This document shows positions 26,208 to 38,097 of a stretch of DNA of 64,000 nt, in pieces. Origin of the DNA: Lytechinus pictus (lineage: Eukaryota); the NCBI RefSeq assembly GCF_037042905.1, contig NC_087262.1:10664001-10728000 (forward strand). Direction: 5' to 3'. The notes under the pieces are model-generated. The model searched no databases. It was not told the DNA's origin and was given only the letters and a program-made list of their open reading frames with translations. The stretch's first letter is position 1, and each line of letters opens with the position of its first letter. The translations under genes and the position numbers were made by a program.

Positions 26208-26749
26208 CCCGGGGGGGGGGGGGCACTCAGTATATAATGCATAGTGGGTATGTGCCGCGGAGGGGACCCCCATTTTTACACTCAAATTTCCGTTCCAAGG
26301 CATAGCATTTTTGTCTTATTGAGAAAAAGAACAAAGAAAGCCGCTCCAAGGCATAGCATTTCCTTCTTATCGAGAAAAAAGAAGAAAGAAATCCGCTCCA
26401 AAGCTTCGCATATTTTTCGTTACGCCGTTCCGGTCGCATTGATCTGCTACAATTTTGGTGAAAAGCGGCCGTAGAGCGCTTTTCGACCATCGCCTAAGCG
26501 CGAGCGCACCCGGCGGAGGCCGCGCTAGCTGCGTCATGCACGATATTGCCCGTTCCATAGGGATGCATACGCACTCACAGAGATACGGAGATGCGTTCCG
26601 AGGACCCCCGTTTTCACAAACATTTGTAGTTCCGAAGCCCGTTCCGAGGACCCTCCTTTTTACGATAAGCCCGCTCCAAGGCCACGGTTTTTTGCCTCGC
26701 CCGCGGCACACCCCTACCAATTTTTTGGTCGAGTGCCCCCCCCCCCGGG
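26208..26749. mobile_element. CCCGGG(G)n-terminal MITE with 8-bp TSD, ~470 bp upstream of GST3
   Basis: TSD CTTTTACC (26200-26207, 26750-26757); inverted copy at 53617-54175. Confidence 0.85.
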
Positions 26750-27222
26750 CTTTTACCGTTGAATAGGTGATCAAATACTGTAATCAAGATAAAAGGAGAA
26801 AAAATACATCCTGCCCCCAACACACACCCAATTCCACTCGGATGCCTTGTGTGAATCTAGTACCTATGGTACATGGTCTGAAGTACAAGACTATAAGCAA
26901 ATATACAATGCCAACGTCAATATCGCAGAACACATGCACTTGACAAAGGGCGAAAATATAAATAGAAAAATGCAAGTCATCGCTGTATGATTATGAACGC
27001 TTTAGTGGAGATCGAGTTATTATAGCGGTGCAGTGGCGCGCGTCTACCCTGTCTACGTTGCGTGGATGAAATAGATCGTCTGCTCCTCGATCTGTTCAAC
27101 ACACTGCACGTAGCCGAAGCTTCGCTTTCCAGGGTTAGAAAAGTGTCCTCCTAGACCATTTTAAAGCATTTCGCTGTCATAAGGAGACCAAACAGGGAAC
27201 CACAAGAAGAAACTAGTCCACC

Positions 27223-30200
27223 ATGCCTTCTTATAAGTTGATGTACTGGAACAGCCGAGGTCGAGCAGAGTCGGCTCGGATGCTTTTTACCCTGGCTGGC
27301 GTCGCGTTCGAAGATTACAGGTTCAAGGAAGGAGAGTGGCCCGAACTGAAAGGCAAAAAAGAATGTAAGTAGGCCTATAACCCCCTATAACTGCAAGTAG
27401 AGCTTGTACATGTATATGTAGTTGAAATTATCCACTCGCAAAAGATTTTAAAAATGGATGTGTTGTACAGACCATTTGTAGATCTGTCATATTTTGCTAC
27501 ATTATTTTTATCTAAGAAAGCTAAGGGTGCATGGGGGTGTGGCGTGGGCGGGTTCTGGGAGGGGTTGTAGGCCTAACGTATGGTTAAACGTGTAAGGTAA
27601 ACAAGAGTCAAACGGATTGCATTGACAACTTCTTTTGAGTTAAATCTAAGATCCGCCCCTATTATATTACATGTGAATTCTCAAAGGCTAACTGCTAACT
27701 CTCCCTCAAACTGGCAACTAGCCTTGAAGTCCAGTTAGTATAATTATGATGTGAGCAGTACGGCTTGGATTTGAGACTAGGGAGTTATTGCAACCACTAC
27801 GCCGACGCTTTCTGGAACGTAGAGAATCTATTGTCAAATGCCCTTCATGACAATGGGGGACTTTGTCGAGGGTCGGTGAATAGAAACAACCGTTTAATTC
27901 GTCCGTGACTCTCGAAAAACGACAGATTTGTAATTTTACCTCGGCTCCAAATCTTTGGACGATCTCGATCTGCCGTGGTTCACCAATTTTCGACAGTGAC
28001 CTCTCAGCTGTTCATTCGTAGTTTGACGGGCATTTTCAATAGATTCTCAATGTTCCAGAAACCGTCTGGTCTGCGTAGTGGCTGCGAACAGTGGCGCACG
28101 CAGGAGGGGGGGGGGTTACAGGGGTTCAGACCTCCCCTTTAAATTTTTTTGATACCCCCTAACATTTTTTTGAAGACTTTTTTCTGCTTGTTATTTTTTT
28201 GAGGTACAAAACGACGTAAAATTTGTAGTCAAGACCCTTTTTTTATCCAGCTTACCCCCCCCCCCCTTAAAAAAATCCTGCGTACGCTACTGGCTGCGAA
28301 AACTCGTTAATATCCGGTGCTGACAGGGACCTCTGATTGATCATCAATTTGATACTCATAATATACCATCAAAATGTGCATCTCGCCTCCTTTACCGTTT
28401 TCCAACTTTACCTGTATCATATTCCGAAATATGATTGGCACTAAAGTAGTAAAAAAATTGAATAAGAATAACAAACCGACAGCCCAATATACCAGTCATG
28501 TGTCCCGTTTTATAAAGACATTTTTATAATAATAAATACACAATTTATATTATAAATTTACTATTACTTATATCAGCCAATAGGATTGAAGGTTTTCATG
28601 CAGTATAGTTATCAATAGTTATCGCTAATTTGTTATTATAACAAAGTTTTAGGAAACGGGTAGTAACCTTGATTTGCATTTGTATGGATAAGTATTTTGT
28701 TCAACTATAGTCTCGACCTGGAGACAAAGGAGAGTGATTGGATGATATTTAAAGGTCAAGTCTACCCAAGCAAAATGTTGATTTGAATAAATAGAGAAAA
28801 ATCAAACGAGAATAATTTCATCAAAATCGGAGGTTGAATAAGAAAGTTATGACATTTTAAAGTTTCGCTTATTTTTCACAAAACGGTGATATGCACGACT
28901 CGGTGTCATGCAAATGAGTCAATCGATGATGTCCATCACTCCCTGTTTCTTTTGTTTTTTATTGTTTGAATCATACAATATTTCATTTCTTACAGATTTG
29001 ACCAAAGGGACCGACTTGACTGAACCATATAGTATAAGCAATGCTCATTCCACATGTTCAGGGAGGAATTAATCACTGTGTCACTTGACAATAAAGAGAA
29101 AATTAGAATATTTCATACAATAAAATACAAAAGAAATAGTGAGTGGATGACGTCATCAGTCTCCTCATTTGCATACCAACCTGTATGTGCATATAACTGT
29201 TTTGTGAAATTAAGCGAAATTTTAAAATGTCAGATCTTTCTTATTTTACATCCGATTTTGATGAAATTTTCAGTGTTGTGCTTGTTGGATTTTCTCTTTT
29301 TATTCAAATCAATTTTTGGTTGGGATGAACTTGTCTTTTAAGAAGATTTTTCTTGATGCCTTATTGTATTTTATGTCATAATGATAATGTTCATCTCTTG
29401 ATTTATATTTGATTTAAATATATGAACTTGTTATTTATGTTTTCTACAGTCTTGAAGTCTTCACGATGTTGCCTCTAGTATACATGCTGTACTTACAGTA
29501 CCAGTACACGTTGAAAGCTTTACATTATTTTAAATTTCATTCACAATTTTATAAGAAATATTACACACTCTAAGAAAGGATTGGTCAAAATAACCCATCT
29601 CATGGTTGATATGTGTCCGACAGATGAAAATTGGTCAAAATTAACGAATTTTAAGCAATAATTTGGTTGATTCAATGACCATTTTTTCTTGGTCGGACCA
29701 AGGAGATATCAAGTGATATCTCCTTGGTCCGACACATATTTAACAAGAGAATAGTCATTTTAACCAATCCTTTTTTTTATACTTTTATCATTCTGTTCAC
29801 TTGTTANNNNNNNNNNNNNNNNNNNNNNNNNNNNNNNNNNNNNNNNNNNNNNNNNNNNNNNNNNNNNNNNNNNNNNNNNNNNNNNNNNNNNNNNNNNNNN
29901 NNNNNNNNNNNNNNNNNNNNNNNNNNNNNNNNNNNNNNNNNNNNNTCTGTCAATCCGTCAACTATATATTCCTTATCTTATATTATCTTTATATATCTGT
30001 CTGTCTGTATTTCTTTCTTCTTTTTCTTCTTCTTCTTCTCCTCATCCTCCTTCTTTTCCCTATCCGTTCTCTCTCTCTCCCCCTCCCAATCTCCCCTTCT
30101 CTCTATCTATCATCATGGCAGTGTTTCCTCTTGGTCAAGCTCCCTCGTTGATCATTGACGGCAAGGCCCTTCCCCACAGCAAGGCTATCAACAGACATCT

Positions 30201-32258
30201 TGCTCGGGAATTTAGTAAGTACTTCTTTTTTTCGAATAATGGCTCATGTCACTTGCACACAGATGGGGGTGGGGCTTGGGCGGCAAGTTGACATAACCTC
30301 ACAATATGACGACAAGAACGAAATGAAATGTTACATATTTTACGCTTGAAACTGACCGTGTAAGCATCTATGTCCCCAATGAATTGGATTCCATCAATAT
30401 TGGCACTGGCGGATCCAGGGGGGGGGGGGGCACCGCCGGCCCGTGCGCCCCCCCCCCCCACTTGAGAAACAATATTAAAATTTGTAATGTAAAAATGCCA
30501 TTAAAACAGAAGTGTGCCCCCCCCCCCCCTTGAAAGTGAAGACCTTTTTTTTCTTTTGCTTTTCATAATTTTTCGGGGACGAAAGATTGGTTAAAACCTA
30601 TTTGGGGGGGGGGGGCTTGTCAAATTCCATGTACTGGTTTTCATTTGCTTTATTGATATCTTTTTGACTCACAGAGCTGTACGGAGACGACAACGAACAG
30701 AGAAGGCAAGTCGACGTCATCAGCGAGACCGTTGACGACATCGTCTCAAAGATCATTCCCATTCACATGGAGAAGGATGAAGCCAAGAAGGTATAATAAC
30801 AAGTCATTAGAAATAAAGAATAATTCGTCATTGAAAATGTTATTGTTATGGAAATTGTGAGCCACATTTCCCGGGCTTTGAATTACGAGGCGCAGGAGTC
30901 GAGCACTACAGCTCTTTCGGGGGGGGGGTCCATGATACAGCAAAATTTGGGAAACGCCGCGGAAATCAACGATGGCGGTGGATTTAGATTCTGCGCATGC
31001 TAATTCCGAAAATTTCTGAAGTCAGAAGGAATGAGCGTGCGCAGATCTTACATCTTCAACACATACGTGTGGAAGTTTGATTGGAAGTTTGTGCACGTAG
31101 TATTGTCTGTAAACATTTCCTATGAGTAATCATTCCTTCATTTACTATTTACATTGGCTTTGTCCATGTTGTTTTTTTATCATTATCTGCAGAAAGAGCT
31201 GTTGGGAGAATTGAACGAGAAAACGAAGCCTTTTCTCACTTTTCTAAGTGATAATGCTGGCGAAAGATTTTTCGTTGGAAATAAGGTAATTGTCATCATG
31301 AACAACATGTATCCTCAATAATGTTCTGATCTGTTGGTATATTGTCCTAAGTAATTTGTGTAGCTGTTGGTGCCCAGTATCTTGGGAGTGCTTCATAAAT
31401 AGAAAGGAATCTCTAGTCAAGTAAAATAGTCGGTGATTTCACGGACTAATTTGCACTGATTTATTGCATTCGTATGATCATCTCTGCCATTTTATCTGTT
31501 GAAATCGGTTTTGTAGCTCATTGTTTAAAAAGGGCCCCCTGTAGTCCAAAAAGGTCGGGTCCAGTTTACCCGGGCGACGCTTTCTGAAAATTATCAGTCG
31601 AAATTCGTGTCCAATGTACCCGATGATTTGTGAGAAGTGTAAGCCAAAGGGTCGGGTGAACTAGACCCTGAACTTTCAGAAACTAAGGGGGCGCCCTTTT
31701 CTCGAATGGTCGGGTAATGCGATTGCCCGACCGGACGCGATAATCCGATGTGATAATACAAGCCTTTTAATTTTGGTTCATTTTGTGGATATAGAACAAT
31801 GCCCTGTGCGTACTACAGACTACACTACACTACAGACCCCACCCCAAAAAATGATAATAATAATACAAAAATAAAGCTAAATTCTTCATATAAATTTAAA
31901 CTCAAATTTGTCATTGATTTGCGTTCAATTCTTGGAATTTATAATATTTTTGTACTTACCTTGGCTTTCTATTTGACCTAAGTCCTTCATGTCCTTGCAA
32001 AGCCCCATAAGTCGACCAATCTAAATCATAATGTACTGTATGTAAAATCCGACTGAAGGTTGTTCTCTCTTATTTTGTCCAAAATTTACACAGGAGACAC
32101 TCGCTGACGTCATCGTCTTCTGGTTGTTGGATTTCCTTGTACCCATGGCTCCATCGGTGCTGACCGATTATCCTCGGCTGGGGAAGTTCTACAATGGCAT
32201 CAAGGATAACTCCAAACTCACAGAATACCTTAAAAACCGCCCAGTCACCCAAAATTAG
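27223..32258 (+). CDS. Sigma-class glutathione S-transferase, paralog 3 (5 exons, 202 aa)
   Basis: Exons 27223-27364, 30122-30214, 30675-30790, 31193-31285, 32094-32258; GT-AG; 609 nt; Kozak-like ccaccATG. MPSYKLMYWNSRGRAESARMLF...EWPELK...FPLGQAPSL...PHSKAINRHLAREF...TLADVIVF...YLKNRPVTQN*. Confidence 0.95.
28089..28292. mobile_element. hAT-like MITE, 8-bp TSD
   Basis: TSD GCTGCGAA; TIR cagtggcgcacgcagg / cctgcgtacgctactg. Confidence 0.85.
28753..29337. mobile_element. TTAA-specific (Kolobok-like) MITE in GST3 intron 1
   Basis: ttaa|aggtcaagt...acttgtctt|ttaa; the internal ttcatcaaaatcgg / ccgattttgatgaa mirror is shared with the 11212 family. Confidence 0.7.
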
Positions 32259-33287
32259 CCCATAGGATTTTGTGCTGGATGATGACACTCTACTTTGTTT
32301 CACAGAATACCTTGAAAAAAAAATAACAACACCATAATACCCCCCCCCCCCCCCGTCGCACAAAATCACGGAACTTTGTTTTTCTTTCAAACTAATTATC
32401 TTATGCTGCATGTATAGAATTTTATGCCGGGTGCATCTATTTTTTATTTATTTTTTTGTTTCACTGAATATCTTAAAAACCGCCCCGTTACACAAAATTA
32501 GCATGGGATTTTTAGAAATGGAAATGCTATTCTTTGGTTGGGCCGATGCAACTCGTCTGTATGAATGAATTAAAAACTGCCTGTCCCACAAAATTAGTGT
32601 GTTAGGGGACGCTTTTAATAAACTTGTACAAAAACGTAATAAACTACTGTCTGATTGTGATTTTCATTTAGTCACCGCCCCCAACTGTCAAAACCTTTCC
32701 GCGGCTCGTGGAGCAGTAGTGATATTTTCCGGCTTTGTGTTCATATTTGTATTTTTGTGATGTAAAAGCAGTTTTCACTTTTACTTCTTTTTCTTCTGAT
32801 ATCCTAAAATTTAGATGTACGTGATTATGGTGTACAAATTGAACTTCGGGAAATCAGATTCGGAATTTGAATTGAAATCGGAAGGTATATTTAACAGTAG
32901 TACGTTCGTTAGAACTGGCGTCCAAGCTCTTTCGACATTTAGGAACAATGCTTATGTGTATAGGAATTGTAAATTTCCACCTGTTAGAAAGTAAACAATC
33001 TGTTTTCTTGTATGTAAAATTGGTTTACGTTCCTCAATAAAACAACGTATGGAGGTCTAAAGAATTGAAGAGAAAATCATTATTAAAGGCTTTTAAAAGA
33101 CTTGTGAGTTTTCGAATCCTGTTCCATGTGAAAGTGAGTGTCTTTTATGTGTGGGTGTATTTATGTTGAAATTAAATGGATGAATGAATAAAGAATTAAA
33201 TTGACAAAAATAAATGAATTACCAAATTAATAAATAAATGATTATGCTATAGATCCATCATTTTGGCCTTAAATGCAGGGGACAACA

Positions 33288-33412
33288 GGCAAGATGGCTC
33301 AGTGGTAGAACGCCTGTCTCATGGACGCAAGGTCTTCGGTACGATCCCCGGCCGAGTCATTAGACTTTGAAAATGAGACCTTCTGTCATAACCTAGCCAG
33401 GCGCTTGACATA
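33288..33412 (+). mobile_element. tRNA-derived SINE fragment
   Basis: tggctcagtggtaga A box, degenerate B box ggtacgatccc, then a non-tRNA body. Confidence 0.6.
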
Positions 33413-33480
33413 TTTATAACTGAAGATGGTAATAACAACGTATCTAATGCAGAATATCGGCTAATAATATAGTGGCTACC

Positions 33481-33677
33481 CAGGGCCTGGGGTGCCGAGA
33501 GTAAATTTGACCCCAAAAAAGGGGGTATCAACACAAAATGTTGGTAATTATCCTTACATTTCTCCAATTTGCAACACCCACCAGACTTCCAGGGGTGCTG
33601 CCTATGGAGAATAATACACGCAGCACCCCCCAGGGAAAATCTTGGGGGTGCTTCAGCACGCTTCCCAGGGCCATATG
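33481..33677. mobile_element. hAT-like MITE, 8-bp TSD
   Basis: TSD TGGCTACC on both sides; a related element lies at ~8931-9155. Confidence 0.7.
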
Positions 33678-35736
33678 TGGCTACCATGTAGTTAACAAGT
33701 AGACAAGGAATATGATTACCAGTGGCGGAATGAGCCAAAAATTTAGAGGGGTTTAGATATGGCATATAGAAAAAAGGCTACGAAAGAGCAAGGCGAGCAA
33801 CCAAAAAATTGACATTTTTATACAAAAATATTTTTTTATATTTAAATTTTGGCATAATAATCATAATATCACACTTTCCCCTTTCTTCTTTTTCCTTTTT
33901 TTTTTTTGGGGGGGGGGGCATGGCCCCTCAAGCTCCCTACCCCCATCTTTACACCAGTGATAGTGATTATTATCATTATTATTGGGGTGTACAAACTATT
34001 TATAATCGCAACAGCATTTCTGCTGAATTAAGGCATATTTTTCCGCGAATTCATGAAGTTCAAACATGATGCTGAAGGCATTGTACATTAATTTCTACTG
34101 AGAATAACGCGCAGAGAAACACTTGTTCACTCTAACGACAACTATATTTTTCGTCATATTGTTTCGTATTAAATTAGCTTTATTGATTTGTCTGTTGTAT
34201 CTTTAAATAATTCTTAGTTCAACAAAGCTATATAAGTTGGGGAAAATAATTTGATATACAGCAATTCTATGCATTGTGGGAAAAACAATATTATTTTTAT
34301 TTTCATTACATATCATTTATTTCCATATCCAACAATCAAATGTAATCTTATTAGCATAGTATGCATTGTAAAATAATGTAAAGCATTAAAATCTATTCAA
34401 CAATGAGTTCATAATGTACTATATGCAGTTTATATAACAGGTAACGGTTTGGTACGGAGGGGACTGCTAAAAAGCCAGGCTTCTAGATTGCAATCCCCTA
34501 TAACTGTATTTAAAAATATTGCTTTTAATATATATATGGAATAAACGTTGATGGGCGAAACCATTCCAATCCATTTCCAAAAACTTCAAAAATCATATCA
34601 CTATTAATAAGTAAGGCACTTTTTTTTCATATTATGCAAAAATTTGTTGCAATTATCGAAGGATCCCATGATCTTTTTGTTTTCCAAAAAATAAATGTTG
34701 GCCACGGGCCCGTAACACAAAGCTTAGCAATGATCGTAGAACATTTTTCTACGATTGATTTCATTGACTACAATGTACAATCAATCGTGAAAATCAAGCG
34801 TACGATCAATCGCTAACCTTTGTGTTACGAGACACAGAATGAGGGCCTATTGGACACCATATTTGATTCCCTTCTAACATTTTTTTACGAAAATTGATTC
34901 GTAGGTGTTCTGCTTTGAGCTATAAGAGCAATTCTCACGGCCTAAATACTAAACGATCGAAACCCACCTTCCTAATATTGACGCCTCAATTCTTGAACAT
35001 TCCGGAATTATATGCTTTAAATCACGTACCTATTTTTGTTTCATGGGGGCTGCATAGTTTGAAGTTCAAGACTACACATGCCAACGTCAACACTGCTCTT
35101 CACAGCGAGAAAAAGATATATATAATTATGATAATAATTGAGAAAATGCAAGTCATTGCGTTTTATAGTTGTGATTGTCCTCATATCCGATCGAAAGAGG
35201 GGTGGCATGTTAACTGGGTTGACGGGCCTGGTTTCCGTCGCTTATATTCATGATAATGATCTTTAGTAGAGCTATAGACATAGGCCTATATAATATCATG
35301 TTTATATAAACTTATATACACTCTATAAAAAAATCAGTCGAAAATGACTAGTTAATAGGATCAGCTGGGTGCAACTGTTATTCTAGTCATATTTGACTAT
35401 TTTCTAGTCGTATTGTACTAGAACAGAGTTATTTCTAACTAGAATATATTATGTCAGAAATGTGACTAGCATATCAGTTGCAACCAGCTGACTACTTGTC
35501 TATAGTCAGTTTGACTGATTTGTTTAAGAGTAATATACCACAAAAACTGGTATTGATTGGTGTACAGCAAGGACCACTCCGGCTCTGCTCATGTTACTGT
35601 GGTGTTAGTTTCAAAACCTATGGCTGATCTTTGGTCCCATGGCATTTGCTCTGGCGAGAGTTGCTCTGCTGTAAATTCCACACGCTGATGGAATGACCAA
35701 ATTCAACGCTGGATTTAAAAATATACCATATACCAA

Positions 35737-36539
35737 GGGTGCGTTTATCCGCCACTTTTTTACCCTAGAATCATGATCTGAATCATGATTCAAATCACGA
35801 TTCTGCAGAATCACGATTGCGTTTAGTCGAAATTGAATATAATCATGATTAGAATCACAAACATGAAACACGAAAAAAGGGGCGTTTGGAAAGACGTTTC
35901 TGCAGAATCACGTACGAAAATGTTCGAATAAACGATATCGTGATTACAATCATGATTATATGACCTCACTGTTGCGTCGGGCTACTTTCGGTTAATTGCC
36001 AAGCTCAAGGCGCTCATTGTATGTGCATGATTATGTACTACGCATGCATTTCTTGTCATGTTCAAGTTCTGTGTTGGTCATCGCATCGTCCACTACTTTT
36101 CATTTTTTGGTCATGTCTTCAAGTTCTAGTAAATGAATTAACTGGACAGACAATGATCTCAGTTGTTGTTGAGTATACAGTATCAATATCAAATTGGATC
36201 TACGCTGAAATTCACTTCCGAACACCATTTTGGATAAATTAACAAGATGAATAGAAGCATATGGACCCTATATGATAGAAGTAAACAAAATGAGGTATAG
36301 ACTGAATTCTGGAAGCAAAATATTTTTCGAGAGCCGAAACACTTGCGAAAAACTTCCTCTGTCAAACTGCGCACTAGTGATGCGCACTGGATTGGCCCGA
36401 ATCTGAGGAAAAACAGCATTGGAATGAAGGTCGTCTAAACGCTGATTCTGTGATATTGTGATTCATGTTTGTGTTTTGAATCATGATTCAAATCATGATT
36501 CAAATCATGATTCTGGCTTGAGGTCGCATAAACGCAGCC
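35737..36539. mobile_element. PIF/Harbinger-like MITE with aatcatgatt subrepeats
   Basis: TIR gggtgcgtttat / ataaacgcagcc; 3-bp TSD CAA. Confidence 0.7.
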
Positions 36540-36608
36540 CAAGCATAACCATGCTACTAGCTCCACGCTCAATGTACGAACCTAATATAAAACCACATTG
36601 CAATCCTA

Positions 36609-36900
36609 CACTGTTAAAAAAAACTGATTTTACAAAAAAAGAGAAGATTTTGCAGAAAGCAATAACAAAATCATTCTGTAAATTCATCATTTTTTTGCAA
36701 TTTAACAGAACAGGTCTGTTTAAAAAGGGAAAAAGGGTGTTTTATTAAAGGAAATTTGTAAGGTTCCATACACCAGATATCACTTTCCTGTAATTTTACA
36801 TGATATAATGTAAGATTACGCAATCTGGTAAGATTACAGGTGTTCTCGAGACCCTGCTGCAGGAACTTCTTTTATTTTAAGGATAAATTTTCTAACAGTG
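36609..36900. mobile_element. CACTG-terminal MITE (relative at ~19858-20110)
   Basis: cactgttaaaaa / ttttctaacagtg; shared internal gtgttctcgagac.ctgctgcaggaactt. Confidence 0.6.
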
Positions 36901-37932
36901 TAGCCCTAACCCTATATCTTAGACGAAATAAAGCCCGGAGCAATAGTCGTCGGAGCAAATGTCGTGTCACCAATTTGATACACCCTTGATTATTATTTTT
37001 ACACTCTTTGGTGTTATATGTGCAATCTCTATAAGATGTAATTTTGACACATCAAGGTGTGGTCCTATAGGGACGACAACTGGTGTCAGTTTTAACACTG
37101 GTGTAAGTTTTTACACTAGGGTTTTACAAGCTATTGTGATATTCTGCTATAAAATCATTCGTATGAATTCAAAATCACGATAGTCATGATGAAGTGGGGA
37201 GAGGCAGTTGCCTCTGACATAAAACCGTAATTTTCTATTTGCGTCGTATAAACACGTACCTTGGATTTTTATTGCTCTGATCTGTTACAGTATTTGACCC
37301 TCATGCATTAGACATTGGACTTCACCTCGCTGAGCGCTATCGTCTAGTCTTGATGCCTAGGCGTTTTCATCATGCAAGTGAATACGAACTGTCTTCTGAA
37401 GCAGAATTATGCCACACTGTAAATTTTTAAATTCGATCAGGGTATATACATGTAGGTACTTAATTGAATCAAGCTCTACACTTTTAAAACAAAGTAGAAA
37501 TAATATAGTCAGCAGGGGGCAATTAGGGACGTCATTCCATTTTTCTTTTCTTTTTTTTTGAGGGGGAGGGCAAAAGTAAAAAAATCAAAAAAAATTCTAC
37601 CCGCTCGAATTATAATACAGAATTTTCCATGCAAAGCTCGCCGAAGAAAAATACTATTTGTATGTTTAATAGCATTTTTATGCCAAGTTTAATGGTGTTA
37701 TCATGTTAATAGTGCTTTTTAAAACATGATATTTGCATTGCAAATTATTATTGTTTTTATTTGAACATAGTTGTCAAGTGCGAAATGAAATCTATAAAGA
37801 ATATTCTACAAAGCATTTTGTTGGAGATGACCAGGATAGTCGATGCATGCCTTTGTTTTATGGTCTGAATAAAAAGACTAGGAGTCACATACTTGTGTAC
37901 ATAAACTTGAACTGGGAGGAGAGAGCGACTGG

Positions 37933-37939
37933 TATAAAA
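37933..37939 (+). promoter_or_regulatory. Candidate TATA box of GST4
   Basis: TATAAAA 165 nt upstream of the ATG. Confidence 0.45.
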
Positions 37940-38097
37940 TCGATAAAAACAAACAATACAGAAATGCAGACTGAAGTGTTGAAGACTGTGGCCTTGCTGT
38001 TTGAATACTGAGGTATCGCGCCGTTGTCATACACTTGCGTTGTCTCACCCGTGGTCATTGACGTCGAACATCCAGGACATCGAGAAGATCAGACGCC

